Assembly: GCA_963781585.1 (NCBI GenBank)
Contig: CAWAGQ010000006.1
Span: forward strand, 96,001 to 160,000
Origin: an uncultured Gemmatimonadaceae bacterium
Lineage (GTDB): Bacteria; Gemmatimonadota; Gemmatimonadetes; Gemmatimonadales; Gemmatimonadaceae
DNA length: 64,000 nucleotides
Direction: 5' to 3'
The notes under the pieces are model-generated. The model saw only the letters and a list, made by a program, of their open reading frames with translations. It searched no databases and was not told the DNA's origin. This document shows positions 1 through 9,535 of the stretch, piece by piece (position 1 is the stretch's first letter; each line of letters opens with the position of its first letter). Made by a program: the position numbers and the translations under genes.

Positions 1-118
1 GGGCCGCCTCGATCGCTCGGAGCGTCCCGGGCCGGCCGGCGGCGATCGGCGCGGTCAGTCCCGGGAAGATCACCGTTCCACGCAGCGGAAGAACGGGAAG
101 CGTCTGACGTTGAGCCAT
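1..118 (-). CDS. lon: ATP-dependent Lon protease, 5' end (continues beyond window edge)
   Basis: Manual translation from ATG at 118: MAQRQTLPVLPLRGTVIFPGLTAPIAAGRPGTLRAIEAA, the typical Lon N-domain start (LPxLPLRxxVxFP). Not in the ORF track. Confidence 0.85.
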   Translation of the reverse strand, partial: MAQRQTLPVLPLRGTVIFPGLTAPIAAGRPGTLRAIEAA

Positions 119-506
119 GCTGTCGTGTCCTCGAGATTCGTGCCCCTGGGTCGTATGCTTCGACAGATCCCGATCACCTTCCACGCATGTGCCACCAGCG
201 CGTCACGCGCGAGACGGCGCGGAGTCCGGGCAGCTGGCACCTGATGCAGGTATCGCGCTGCTGAATTACGCCACAGTGGCGGTAATTGCAACTTTCGCGG
301 GCCAATGTGACGTAGGGCCTGTGACAGCCGAAGCGGCGACGAATGTGGCCTCCGGGCTGATGGCCGGCGGCTGACGACTCCATCCTGAACCTGCGGGTTT
401 CGAGTCGCCAGCCGTCAGTCGCGGGACCTCCGAAAGTCGGGCTCGTGGCGCGCGGGTTCGGCGCTCGACATAAGCGCCCGGCTCGTTTCGCTTTACCCTG
501 CAGCAG

Positions 507-2510
507 ATGAGTGCTACACTAATCGACCGCCGGCTTGTCGTACCCACGAATACCAAACGCGTGCCCGATCCCGTCGTCTCGTCGTCCGACCCAGAGCTGC
601 GCGCGCACGTTGAGCGCGTCCTGAGCAACAACTACGAGCTCGACCAAGAGATTGGGCGCGGTGGTATGGGCATTGTCTACAAGGCCCGGGACCGCCGCCT
701 GAAACGCGCCGTCGCCATCAAGGTGCTCCCGCCGGAGCTCGCCTTTCGCTCGGAGATCCGGACCCGCTTTCTGCGCGAGGCCGAAACGGCGGCGCAGCTG
801 AGTCACCCGAATATCGTCCCGATCTACAGCGTGGACGAGCACGACGGAATCGTCTACTTCGTGATGGCCTTCGTGGACGGCGAGAACGTCGCGATGCGGC
901 TCAACCGGGAGGGGGCGCTGCCGCCCGACGAGGTGCGCCGGATCATGCTCGAGGTGGGACGCGCGCTCGCCTACGCCCACGAGCGCCACGTGGTTCACCG
1001 CGACATCAAGCCCGACAACATCCTGATCGAACGCGGCGCAGGCCGGGTCATGGTTACGGATTTCGGGATCGCCCGGGCGATCACCGATGGCGCGGACGCG
1101 CGTCTCACCGCCACCGGGATGGCGATCGGCACTCCCGCGTACATGTCCCCCGAGCAGTCGATGGGGGACCGGGAGATCGACGGTCGTAGCGACCTTTATT
1201 CGTTAGGCGTGGTGGGCTATCAGATGCTCACCGGCGATCTGCCGTTCGAGGCGCAGAGTACGCCCGCCCTGCTGGTGATGCACCTTTCGGAACGTCCGGA
1301 GCCGGTAGGAGAACGATGCCCGGACGCTCCCCCCGACCTCGACCGGGCGGTCATGCTCCTGCTCGAGAAGGAACCGGCCAACCGGTTCCCGAACGCCGGT
1401 GCCCTGGTGACCGCGCTGGAGACCGGCGAGGTGCCCGCGCTCCCGGAGGCGACGTCGCTGCCGGTCGCGACGCCGGCACGCCGGCACGAGCCGTATCAAC
1501 CCGCACCGCTCACGACGGGCGGTTATCAGCCCACAGCTGAGGAGCTGGCACGCTGGAACGCCCCTCCGGTCGTGGCGTTCCGGCGAAAGCTGGCGCCGTT
1601 CTTCGCGTTCAGTGTCGTCTCCATCATTCTGTCCATCTTCAACGTGATGGACGCGCTGGTGAGCATCGCCGGCATCTGGAGCATCTTCATCGCGTTCAAG
1701 TACGCTCGCCTCTGGACCGATAACTACGACTGGCGCGACGTCTTCAAGCAGCCGCGTGACCGGATGTTCTTCGACGTGGTCGCCGAGTGGGTGGACAACG
1801 TACGCGCCCTCTGGGACCGGAAAAAGCGCTCCGAGGTCCGCGAGCGTTCGCGATTGCGTGGCCGGAGCAATGTGGGCCTTTTCGCCCCCGATGACCGGAG
1901 AGGCGCGCTGCCGCCCGGCGGCACGATCCCCACGCATGAGCTGACGGCGCTTGCCGGCTCGCACGCCGCATCGGTGCGCCAGGCGGCGCGCTTGCGCGAT
2001 GACATCCAGCGCCAGTTGGGGACCCTCTCGAAGCGCGATCGCGAAGTCATCCATGACGTACCGGCCACCGCCGAGGCGCTCTATCGCCGCGTGGAAGCGC
2101 TCTCGGTGAATCTCGCCGACCTCGAACGCACCGTATCCCCCAACGCCGCCGAGTCCGTGGAGGTCGAGATTTCCGCGCTGGAGGCGCAGGCAAATCCGCT
2201 CGACCTGCGGGCCAGTGAACAGCGCGTGCGGCGCCTTGCCTATCTCAAGCGACAGCGCCGCGCCATCGTCGACCTGGGCACCAAGCGCGATCAGGCGCGC
2301 GACAAGCTGGACAGCTGTCTCCTGGCGCTCCGCAACATCCAGCTCGATATCGTCCGGCTGAAGGCCGGCGGACAGTCGCTGCAGCAGATCACCCAGGTGG
2401 CCGAGCAGGCGATGGCCCTCGCCCGCGACGTGGACAACGCTGTCTACGTCGCCAACGAGATGGGGAAGTTGAAGTCAGGGTCCCGGGGCTCGCGGCCCGG
2501 GGCTCGCTAG
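507..2510 (+). CDS. Hanks-type Ser/Thr protein kinase with a two-TM hairpin and C-terminal coiled-coil domain
   Basis: GRGGMGIVY, AIKVL, HRDIKPDN, DFG and GTPAYMSPE motifs; hydrophobic segment LAPFFAFSVVSIILSIF...IAGIWSIFIAF; helical C-terminus. Start could be GTG 561. Confidence 0.93.
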   Translation: MSATLIDRRLVVPTNTKRVPDPVVSSSDPELRAHVERVLSNNYELDQEIGRGGMGIVYKARDRRLKRAVAIKVLPPELAFRSEIRTRFLREAETAAQLSHPNIVPIYSVDEHDGIVYFVMAFVDGENVAMRLNREGALPPDEVRRIMLEVGRALAYAHERHVVHRDIKPDNILIERGAGRVMVTDFGIARAITDGADARLTATGMAIGTPAYMSPEQSMGDREIDGRSDLYSLGVVGYQMLTGDLPFEAQSTPALLVMHLSERPEPVGERCPDAPPDLDRAVMLLLEKEPANRFPNAGALVTALETGEVPALPEATSLPVATPARRHEPYQPAPLTTGGYQPTAEELARWNAPPVVAFRRKLAPFFAFSVVSIILSIFNVMDALVSIAGIWSIFIAFKYARLWTDNYDWRDVFKQPRDRMFFDVVAEWVDNVRALWDRKKRSEVRERSRLRGRSNVGLFAPDDRRGALPPGGTIPTHELTALAGSHAASVRQAARLRDDIQRQLGTLSKRDREVIHDVPATAEALYRRVEALSVNLADLERTVSPNAAESVEVEISALEAQANPLDLRASEQRVRRLAYLKRQRRAIVDLGTKRDQARDKLDSCLLALRNIQLDIVRLKAGGQSLQQITQVAEQAMALARDVDNAVYVANEMGKLKSGSRGSRPGAR

Positions 2511-2546
2511 GATTCGAGGCGCCAGGTGTCTCCCGGTCCCGTCTCG

Positions 2547-4604
2547 ATGTCCGATCCGCTTCGCGACCGCGTCACGGTCGCGCTCGGTGACAACTACGCG
2601 CTCGAATCGGAAATTGGACGAGGGGGCATGGGAGTCGTCTACCGATGCCGTGACGTCAAGCTGAGGCGGCACGTGGCCGTCAAGGTCCTGCCGCCCGAGC
2701 TGGCGTTTCGCGAGGAGGTGCGCACCCGGTTCCTCCGGGAAGCGGAGACCGCTGCCCAACTGAACCATCCCAACATCGTCCCCATCTATTCGGTCGACGA
2801 GCGCGAAGGTCTCGTCTGGTTCGTCATGGCGCTGGTGGACGGAGAAAGCCTGGCGGCGAGGCTCGTCCGCGAACCGCGGCCGCCCCTTGACGACGTGTGC
2901 CGCATCCTCCGCGACGTCGCCGATGCGCTCGCCTATGCCCACGCGCACGGCATCGTGCACCGTGACATCAAGCCGGACAACATCCTCATCGATCGCGTGA
3001 CCGGACGGCCAATGGTGACGGATTTCGGGATCGCCCGCGCGATGGAAGGCGATTCGCGACTCACCATTACGGGAAGCACCGTCGGCACGCCGGCGTACAT
3101 GTCACCCGAACAGGCCACCGGAGAACGCGATGTCGACGGTCGCAGCGATCTGTATTCGCTCGCGGTCGTAGGATATCAGATGCTCTCGGGCGGCCTGCCG
3201 TTCAAGGCGACCAACACGCCGGCAATGCTGATGAAGCACATCAGCGAACCCGTGCCGCCGCTGCGCGTTCTTCATCGCGACGTCCCGGAATCGCTCGCGA
3301 CCGCAATCGAGCGGGCGCTGGCGAAAAAACCATCCGATCGTTGGCCTGGCGCCGCGGAATTCCGTGACGCGGTGGCCGCGACCCCGATGCACCACTCGCC
3401 TTCGCCACACGCGGCGCGGTCGCCCGTGGCCCCCGTTTCGATGCCGCGGCCAGCCGACAGAGCGTCCGCAGCATGGAAGCGCCCGGCGCAGCATCCCGTC
3501 GAGCCGGGATCTGGCGTCCGCGACGAGCACCACGAATCCGCCGGGAGCCGTCCGCATGGGTCGTCGCGCGACGCCGTCGAGGCCTCGAACATCGGATGGG
3601 AGCATCGAACGCCGTCGTTCGGCGTGCGTGACGTCGCCACGCCGCTACCTCCGGTTCCACCATGGATGCCCGCTTCCTGGCGCGACGCCCGCCGTCAATG
3701 GCGTGAGCAGAGTCGTGCGAGTCGCAGCGAACGTCGGCGCCAGCGCGGTCGCGACGACTCCCTGGCCCAGTTCGGTGAAATGCCTCGCGAACAGCGGATC
3801 CGCCGTTTCCGCGGCCGCGCAGCGAGCACCCTTCTTACCGTGGGGATGCTGGCCGGCATCAACCTGATGTTTTCGCCCGGATTCCCCTGGTTTCTCTTCC
3901 CGGCTGCCTTCATGTCACTCGGGCTGCTGCGCCGCGGCGCGTCGCTGTGGGCCGATGGGATTCGCGTGCGTGACGTGTTCGGCAGAGAGGCGCGTGATCA
4001 GCTGCGGCGAGAGGCCCACGGCGCGCGCGACGCGCGGCACGCTCTGAACGCGTCTCCTCCCGAGGCGGAGGCAGAAAACCTCGCGCCCCGCGACGTGCTG
4101 GCCGGGCCGTACGGCGAGATCGTTCGGCGCGCCGCCGCCGACCAGGCCGCGGCGAGCGCGGCTTTGGCGAAGCTCGCACCCGCAGACCGCGCCCTCATTC
4201 CGGACGTTGCGCCCACAGTGAAGGCCCTCGCCGAGCGGGTTGGCGGGATCGCCGGCACGCTCCACCGCATGCACGAGGACGTCACGCCCGATGCACTCTC
4301 GTCCATCGAGCGCCGCATCGCAGAGGCCAAGGCACAACCAGAGTCTTCGGAGCGGGAGAAGAAACTGACTTTGCTGGAGCGCCAGCGGGCAACGGTGTCC
4401 GATCTCCTGTCGCGCCGCGACGCGTTGAAGACGCAGCTCGACAGCGCATCGCTGATGCTCGAGAACATGCGACTCGATCTGCTCGCCCTGGGGTCGGCGG
4501 GCGTGCAGTCCGCGATCAACGACGTGTCGAGCGCTACCCAGGAAGCCCGGGCGCTCTCGCGAGACATTCAGATCGCGCTGGAAGCAGCCAAAGAGGTCCG
4601 CTAG
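2547..4604 (+). CDS. Hanks-type Ser/Thr protein kinase with a 2TM-like segment and C-terminal coiled coil (paralog of upstream gene)
   Basis: Same kinase motifs; LAGINLMFSPGFPWFLFPAAFMSLGL resembles a 2TM domain. ORF opens at 2526; ATG 2547 chosen. Confidence 0.93.
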   Translation: MSDPLRDRVTVALGDNYALESEIGRGGMGVVYRCRDVKLRRHVAVKVLPPELAFREEVRTRFLREAETAAQLNHPNIVPIYSVDEREGLVWFVMALVDGESLAARLVREPRPPLDDVCRILRDVADALAYAHAHGIVHRDIKPDNILIDRVTGRPMVTDFGIARAMEGDSRLTITGSTVGTPAYMSPEQATGERDVDGRSDLYSLAVVGYQMLSGGLPFKATNTPAMLMKHISEPVPPLRVLHRDVPESLATAIERALAKKPSDRWPGAAEFRDAVAATPMHHSPSPHAARSPVAPVSMPRPADRASAAWKRPAQHPVEPGSGVRDEHHESAGSRPHGSSRDAVEASNIGWEHRTPSFGVRDVATPLPPVPPWMPASWRDARRQWREQSRASRSERRRQRGRDDSLAQFGEMPREQRIRRFRGRAASTLLTVGMLAGINLMFSPGFPWFLFPAAFMSLGLLRRGASLWADGIRVRDVFGREARDQLRREAHGARDARHALNASPPEAEAENLAPRDVLAGPYGEIVRRAAADQAAASAALAKLAPADRALIPDVAPTVKALAERVGGIAGTLHRMHEDVTPDALSSIERRIAEAKAQPESSEREKKLTLLERQRATVSDLLSRRDALKTQLDSASLMLENMRLDLLALGSAGVQSAINDVSSATQEARALSRDIQIALEAAKEVR

Positions 4605-4608
4605 TTCC

Positions 4609-5220
4609 CTAACGCGGCACCAGCGCTGGCAGCCACTTCTCCCCGCCGAGCGCGAATCCCACCAGTCCGCCGACAACGGCGCCAATGGCGGCACCGGCCG
4701 GAAAGGCGCTGGCAATGTCGCCAAAATCCGGATTGCGTTGTGGAAGATTCCCGAGCCCCCACAACAGCCCGCCGATCAACGACCCGAAGAGCACGCCCCG
4801 AACCGTAGACCGCTGCGCTGAGCGTCCACCGCTCACCTCGATCTCGCGAATTGCGGAGAGGCGAATGCTGACGTGACGATACTGGTCAACGAGCACCGGC
4901 CCCATGTCGAGGCCGAGGCGGGTTCGCTGGCCTGCGGTGTCGAGCACCATTTCCGTCGCGTCGAGCGAATCGACGAGTCCCACGTACCGATCGTCCCGGA
5001 GGTCCGGCGCGAAGACGCGGACGCGCGATCCGACAAACACATCGTGCGGGGCCGATTGCTGCGCCCCGGCGACCACGACCGTGGCCCCCGATCCCAATAC
5101 GGCGATGGCAACCCTCAGAAATCGCCGGACCGTCTTCAATGCGGCCTCCCGTCGGTCGGATCGTTGACGCACGTCCTCGCCTTCATCCGCGTGCGCGCGC
5201 TGCAGGTGCGTGGGCCCCAT
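4609..5220 (-). CDS. Hypothetical exported/membrane protein with C-terminal glycine-zipper-like helices
   Basis: Signal-like VAIAVLGSGATVVVAGAQ; GxxxG repeats (GAAIGAVVGGLVGFALG). True start probably downstream of the ORF start. Confidence 0.65.
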   Translation of the reverse strand: MGPTHLQRAHADEGEDVRQRSDRREAALKTVRRFLRVAIAVLGSGATVVVAGAQQSAPHDVFVGSRVRVFAPDLRDDRYVGLVDSLDATEMVLDTAGQRTRLGLDMGPVLVDQYRHVSIRLSAIREIEVSGGRSAQRSTVRGVLFGSLIGGLLWGLGNLPQRNPDFGDIASAFPAGAAIGAVVGGLVGFALGGEKWLPALVPR

Positions 5221-5224
5221 TTCC

Positions 5225-6046
5225 TCAACGCTCCATAAGGTCGTTCACCACGCTCGCCACACGCTCGGGCGCCTCCTCCGGCGAAAAGTGTCGAACGTTT
5301 TCCACGATGTCGAGCGTGGCATGCGGCATTGCCGCGAGGAGCCGCCGCGCGACGGACGGCGGGCAGAACTTGTCGTCTGATCCCCAGATAATCGAGACCG
5401 GACGCGTGATACGATCGAGATCGGCCGCAATGCCCGTCATCTCGTCCTCGCTGAAGGCCATCAGATGGCGGAGAAAGCACCGCCTCCCCTGGGATGTCGA
5501 GAACGGCCGGAGGAACTGGTCGAGAGAGCGCCGGCCTCGCTCCGCGTCACAGTAGCGGTGGAGCATGTCTGCCTGCACTGCGCGGAGCAGAGCGCGCGTT
5601 GGCATCAGGCGTGTGAACGGGAGGAATGCGCGCATCAGCGCGAGCGTGCCCGTGACGGTCAGGTCGAATCCAATGGAATCTATCAGGCAGAGCCGTGTCA
5701 CCCTTTGGGGCCACCCAAGCGCCATTGCCTGCGCAATGCCGCCACCCATGTGATGGCCCACCAAAGTCGCCGCCTGAATGCCGAGGACATCCATGAAGGC
5801 GACAAGGCGCCGGGAATGGGCGGCAAGCGATAGGGCGGCAGTGCCGGGGAGGTCGCTTCTGCCGAACCCGAGGAGATCGACCACCACTACGCGATGCCCG
5901 GGCGGCATGAGCGGAACGAGCTCACCCCAGAGGTGGCCGGACGTTGGAAAGCCGTGAAGGAGAATCACCGGCTCGCCTGCGCCCCTCGTACCAGACGCGT
6001 AGTAGTAGAGGCGCAGCCCGCCGACATCTATGAACTCGCCACGCAT
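5225..6046 (-). CDS. Alpha/beta fold hydrolase
   Basis: LLHGFP, DLLGFGRS, GHHMGG (His at the usual nucleophile Ser position), WGSDD, HFSPEE. Start at MRGEFID. Confidence 0.88.
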   Translation of the reverse strand: MRGEFIDVGGLRLYYYASGTRGAGEPVILLHGFPTSGHLWGELVPLMPPGHRVVVVDLLGFGRSDLPGTAALSLAAHSRRLVAFMDVLGIQAATLVGHHMGGGIAQAMALGWPQRVTRLCLIDSIGFDLTVTGTLALMRAFLPFTRLMPTRALLRAVQADMLHRYCDAERGRRSLDQFLRPFSTSQGRRCFLRHLMAFSEDEMTGIAADLDRITRPVSIIWGSDDKFCPPSVARRLLAAMPHATLDIVENVRHFSPEEAPERVASVVNDLMER

Positions 6047-6190
6047 GACACGGAGGAATCGGCGCGGGCAGCGCGTCAGAATGCAGCAAAGCCGGTCTCC
6101 GCGACCGTGCGGTTCCGGCAGAGCCAAGATGCGCGCAGTTCGTTGTAGCAACAAGACTTGCGTCTCTGCCACTGGCGCTTTGATTGAAAC

Positions 6191-7414
6191 GTGCTATCCT
6201 TACGCGCCCTTCATTCAGGCGACCCCGGCAGGGTGCATATAGCGTTGTCAAATAACGGCTTATACGCTCCAAGCCCCGTGACCATTCCCACCGCGCCGGA
6301 ATCCCCCGCGCTTCAGCCGACTTCACCCCCCCCTCCCGAAGCAGTCCAGTTTCCACTCAGCTGGATGCTGCAGCACGGGTCGGGGTCGCTACAGTTCCGT
6401 ACGCTGCAGGACGTCGCCCGGTTCGAAAACGCACGGGATCGGTTCTTCACGATGGCATTGTCGTTTCCGCCGGCGCTCATGCTCGCCATTGAGCAGGGGC
6501 CTGATGGAGTGTGGAACGACGCGATGCTTGCCGTACCCTCAACCAGAGCCGTGGCTTTCGAGGGTGTGGGGACGATCCCGGCGTACCGCCGTCTCCTCGA
6601 GTACGGCTGGGATCGTGAGGCTCCGCCGCTGTTGCATGCGCGTCGCGTACTCTTTCGCCTCCTGGCCGAAGACAACGATCCGGCGTTCCTGTTCGAGTTG
6701 GGCGGGAAGGGGAAGATGGACGCCGACCTGATCCATCGGGGCAGAGTGATGCTGCGCGAAGCGGCAGCCGCAGCGCTGGCGCACGCGGGCTACGAAGGAG
6801 ATCCGCGACTTCGCGGAGCCGCCCGCCGAATGCTCAATCGTTCGGACGAGTACCTGCGGTCGCCACTCGCCCAGAAGCCGTGGGTGCGTGTGGGCAACAA
6901 GCAGGTGCTGTCCCCCGAGGCGGCGCCGCCGTCGATCTATCTCCTCTCGATGATCGCCTACATGCCGCTGTTTCGCAGCGAAAACCACTCGACCATCGAG
7001 CACCTTTACGCACATCTGTCTCAGCCCCTCCCCAGACAGGAGTCGCAGCAACTTGTCGGGAAGCACATCGTGGCACAGCCACATCTGGTACTGGGCGACC
7101 TGCTGCCGAATCGGAACGCGGCGGACGCCGACGTTCCGTTTGCCCTCACGTGGTTGGAACTGATGGCGCGGCTCCAATATCTGCGCCGCAACCTGGGATG
7201 GTTGAGCTTGTATGAGCGATTCCTCGATGATCGCGACCGGGATTTCGTCTGGCATCCGCACCGCGGCATGGCGATGCCACGGAGTTTCAATCCGGCGGTG
7301 TGGCCGTACTTCCCGCTGGAGCCTCAGGCCAGCGGTGACGATCGGTGGACCGACGTGACCTTTCGACTCGGCCTGATTGCGCGCATGCTGGGCCGACCGA
7401 TCGAGCTCGTCTGA
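6191..7414 (+). CDS. Hypothetical protein (predicted all-helical)
   Basis: 407-aa ORF with host-like codon usage filling the gap; no motif recognised. Start may be GTG near 6278. Confidence 0.7.
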   Translation: MLSLRALHSGDPGRVHIALSNNGLYAPSPVTIPTAPESPALQPTSPPPPEAVQFPLSWMLQHGSGSLQFRTLQDVARFENARDRFFTMALSFPPALMLAIEQGPDGVWNDAMLAVPSTRAVAFEGVGTIPAYRRLLEYGWDREAPPLLHARRVLFRLLAEDNDPAFLFELGGKGKMDADLIHRGRVMLREAAAAALAHAGYEGDPRLRGAARRMLNRSDEYLRSPLAQKPWVRVGNKQVLSPEAAPPSIYLLSMIAYMPLFRSENHSTIEHLYAHLSQPLPRQESQQLVGKHIVAQPHLVLGDLLPNRNAADADVPFALTWLELMARLQYLRRNLGWLSLYERFLDDRDRDFVWHPHRGMAMPRSFNPAVWPYFPLEPQASGDDRWTDVTFRLGLIARMLGRPIELV

Positions 7415-7680
7415 GCAGCGCCAGCCGCAATCGTCCACGACCATGACGCAGCGGCCTGATTCGCCTGCCGATCGATGCGTGGTCCGCTTGTAGCGCCTGA
7501 CCCATCGCTCCGAGAATTCCCGACAAACCCACCCGCGCCGGCTGATGGCAGTCGCGGCGAGCGGGGTGTAAGAATGAACGAGGAGGAGACTGCGGGATCA
7601 TGCTCGCCCGCAACTTGCTGACCTGCGACTCGAGGCGAGTCGTGATGCGGCCATCGAAAGGCGGTCGGGAGGTCGAGACG

Positions 7681-8820
7681 ATGATGACGTACGAGGAACT
7701 CGTTCAGCTTCGGCGGCGCACCGATGGAAGGCGCGTGCTGAGTGTCTACCTTCCGGGCCCGGCACATGACCCCGCCCAGCGCGACGAGGCCATGACGCTG
7801 CTGGGAGGTGGGGTGTCGCGCATCAGACAGGCGTTGTCCGACGCACCGCACAACGAACGGGAAGCGTTTCTGGCAGCGACCGAGCACGCGGTCCGCGCTT
7901 TGCAATCGGAAACGCGTCCCAGCGGCCGCGAAGGCATCGTGATCTTCTCCCAGGCCGACGGATTGCGGCACGTCGGGTGGTTGTTCGCGACCGCGCCCGC
8001 GGTTGTGGAGTGGCGTGATGGCATTGTCGTCGCGCCGTATCTTCGTTCTCTGGCGGAAACACGGCCGTCGATCGTTGTCGTCGTGGATTCACGCGCCGCG
8101 CGCGTACTCCGTTTCGAGCAAGGTGCACTGGCGCCGCTCGACACCTTCGCGGTGGAGGTGCGCAGTGCGGAGCCGATGCACATGGGAGAAGCGCCTCGGC
8201 CGGGGTTTCATCACGGTGTGCACGGAGCAACGGGCACTGACGAGGCCATGCGTCGAGAAGCGGCGGCATTCGACCGCATGCTCTCTGAGCTGGCCCATCG
8301 CGTCACGAATCTGACGAGCCAGGACGTTTGGCTGGTGGTGGGCGGCATGCCAGAGAGCGTGCAGCACCTGGTGGCCGCGATGCCCAGGGGGATGAACAGC
8401 AGGTTACAGGTGGTGGGTGGTCTGACGACCACATCCAGTGATGCCGGCATTGCCCGCGCAGCGGCTGGCGCGATCGAGGAACTCGCGCGGCGCCGGGACG
8501 GCGTGCTGGTTGAGCTCGTTCTCGATCGGGCGAGGGCCGGTGGACGTTCGGCCAGCGGATGGCGTGAGACCCGAATTGCCCTCGAGGAACGGGCGGCGAG
8601 CGAGGTCCTGCTCTCGCGACGGCTGCTGGAGCGCTCGCTGGACCGGGCCGAGACCCTGGCGCGGAGAGCCATGGATGGGGGTGCGCGCGTTGACATCGTC
8701 TCCGGCGAGGGTGCGCTGCGCCTCGAGCGCGAGTCCGGCGGCGTCGCTGCCGAGTTGCGCTTTCCGGTGCCGTTCGATGTCCTGGTCACTCGATCGGTGA
8801 GCGCTGTGGTGGAAGGCTGA
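7681..8820 (+). CDS. Bacterial eRF1/aeRF1-like (baeRF family) protein
   Basis: N-terminal VLSVYL, central VVVVDSRAARV, C-terminal L7Ae-like domain ending GGVAAELRF, as in baeRF families. Confidence 0.72.
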   Translation: MMTYEELVQLRRRTDGRRVLSVYLPGPAHDPAQRDEAMTLLGGGVSRIRQALSDAPHNEREAFLAATEHAVRALQSETRPSGREGIVIFSQADGLRHVGWLFATAPAVVEWRDGIVVAPYLRSLAETRPSIVVVVDSRAARVLRFEQGALAPLDTFAVEVRSAEPMHMGEAPRPGFHHGVHGATGTDEAMRREAAAFDRMLSELAHRVTNLTSQDVWLVVGGMPESVQHLVAAMPRGMNSRLQVVGGLTTTSSDAGIARAAAGAIEELARRRDGVLVELVLDRARAGGRSASGWRETRIALEERAASEVLLSRRLLERSLDRAETLARRAMDGGARVDIVSGEGALRLERESGGVAAELRFPVPFDVLVTRSVSAVVEG

Positions 8821-8951
8821 ACGCGCGTAGGTCTTTCCCGTTCGCCGAATCCGCAATCGCACGGACAGCGCAGTCGGACGAATCGATGCACAATGAGCGA
8901 GCATGGGAGAAGGCATTCGACACAATGCAGGGAAACAGCAGGGAGGGACAC

Positions 8952-9431
8952 ATGGCAAGGCTGACGTTGACGCGGCCGACGCCGCTCTTCCCGAGCGTCG
9001 CTCGCGAAATGGATGAGATGCAGAATCGGCTCCGCAGGTTCTTCGGCGACACCTTTCCGACCGAGAACCTGGGCTCCGCCGAGCCCCTGGTGTGGCTGCC
9101 GGTCGTCGAGATCGCCGAGCTGGACAACGAGCTCGTTCTGACGGCCGAGCTGCCGGGCATGACGAAGGAGAACGTGGATGTCACGTTCGAGGACGATGTG
9201 CTGACGATTCGCGGAGAGAAGAAGGAGGAGCAGGAGGAGAAGAACGGCGAGAAGCGGTATCATCTGTTCGAGCGCACCTACGGGGCGTTCCAGCGCTCGT
9301 TCACCCTCCCCCGGACGATCGACTCCACCAAGATCGCTGCGGCGTTCAAGGACGGCGTGCTGACCGTGCGCATGCCCAAGACGGAACAGGCCAAGATCAA
9401 GGGACGGAAGATCGACATCCTCGCGAAGTAG
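8952..9431 (+). CDS. Small heat-shock protein, Hsp20/alpha-crystallin family
   Basis: AELPGM, LTIRGEKK, ERTYGAFQRSFTLP, FKDGVLTVRMPK; GGAGG Shine-Dalgarno before ATG 8952. Confidence 0.95.
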   Translation: MARLTLTRPTPLFPSVAREMDEMQNRLRRFFGDTFPTENLGSAEPLVWLPVVEIAELDNELVLTAELPGMTKENVDVTFEDDVLTIRGEKKEEQEEKNGEKRYHLFERTYGAFQRSFTLPRTIDSTKIAAAFKDGVLTVRMPKTEQAKIKGRKIDILAK

Positions 9432-9490
9432 GTGCGCACCTCTCCGAGGAGAGACGGATGAGGGTCTGAGATCCGCATCCATGCGCACGC

Positions 9491-9530
9491 AGCGGCGGGC
9501 TCGTCCAACGATGCCCGCCGCTTAGTTTCT
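9491..9530 (+). terminator. Probable intrinsic terminator after hsp20
   Basis: AGCGGCGGGC...GCCCGCCGCT inverted repeat followed by TAGTTTCT. Confidence 0.55.
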
Positions 9531-9535
9531 GCCGG

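Noticed and set aside
491..517. Possible CIRCE (HrcA) element near lon/kinase (GAGTGCTAC)
   Set aside because: Only the right half resembles the consensus; the left arm does not match TTAGCACTC.
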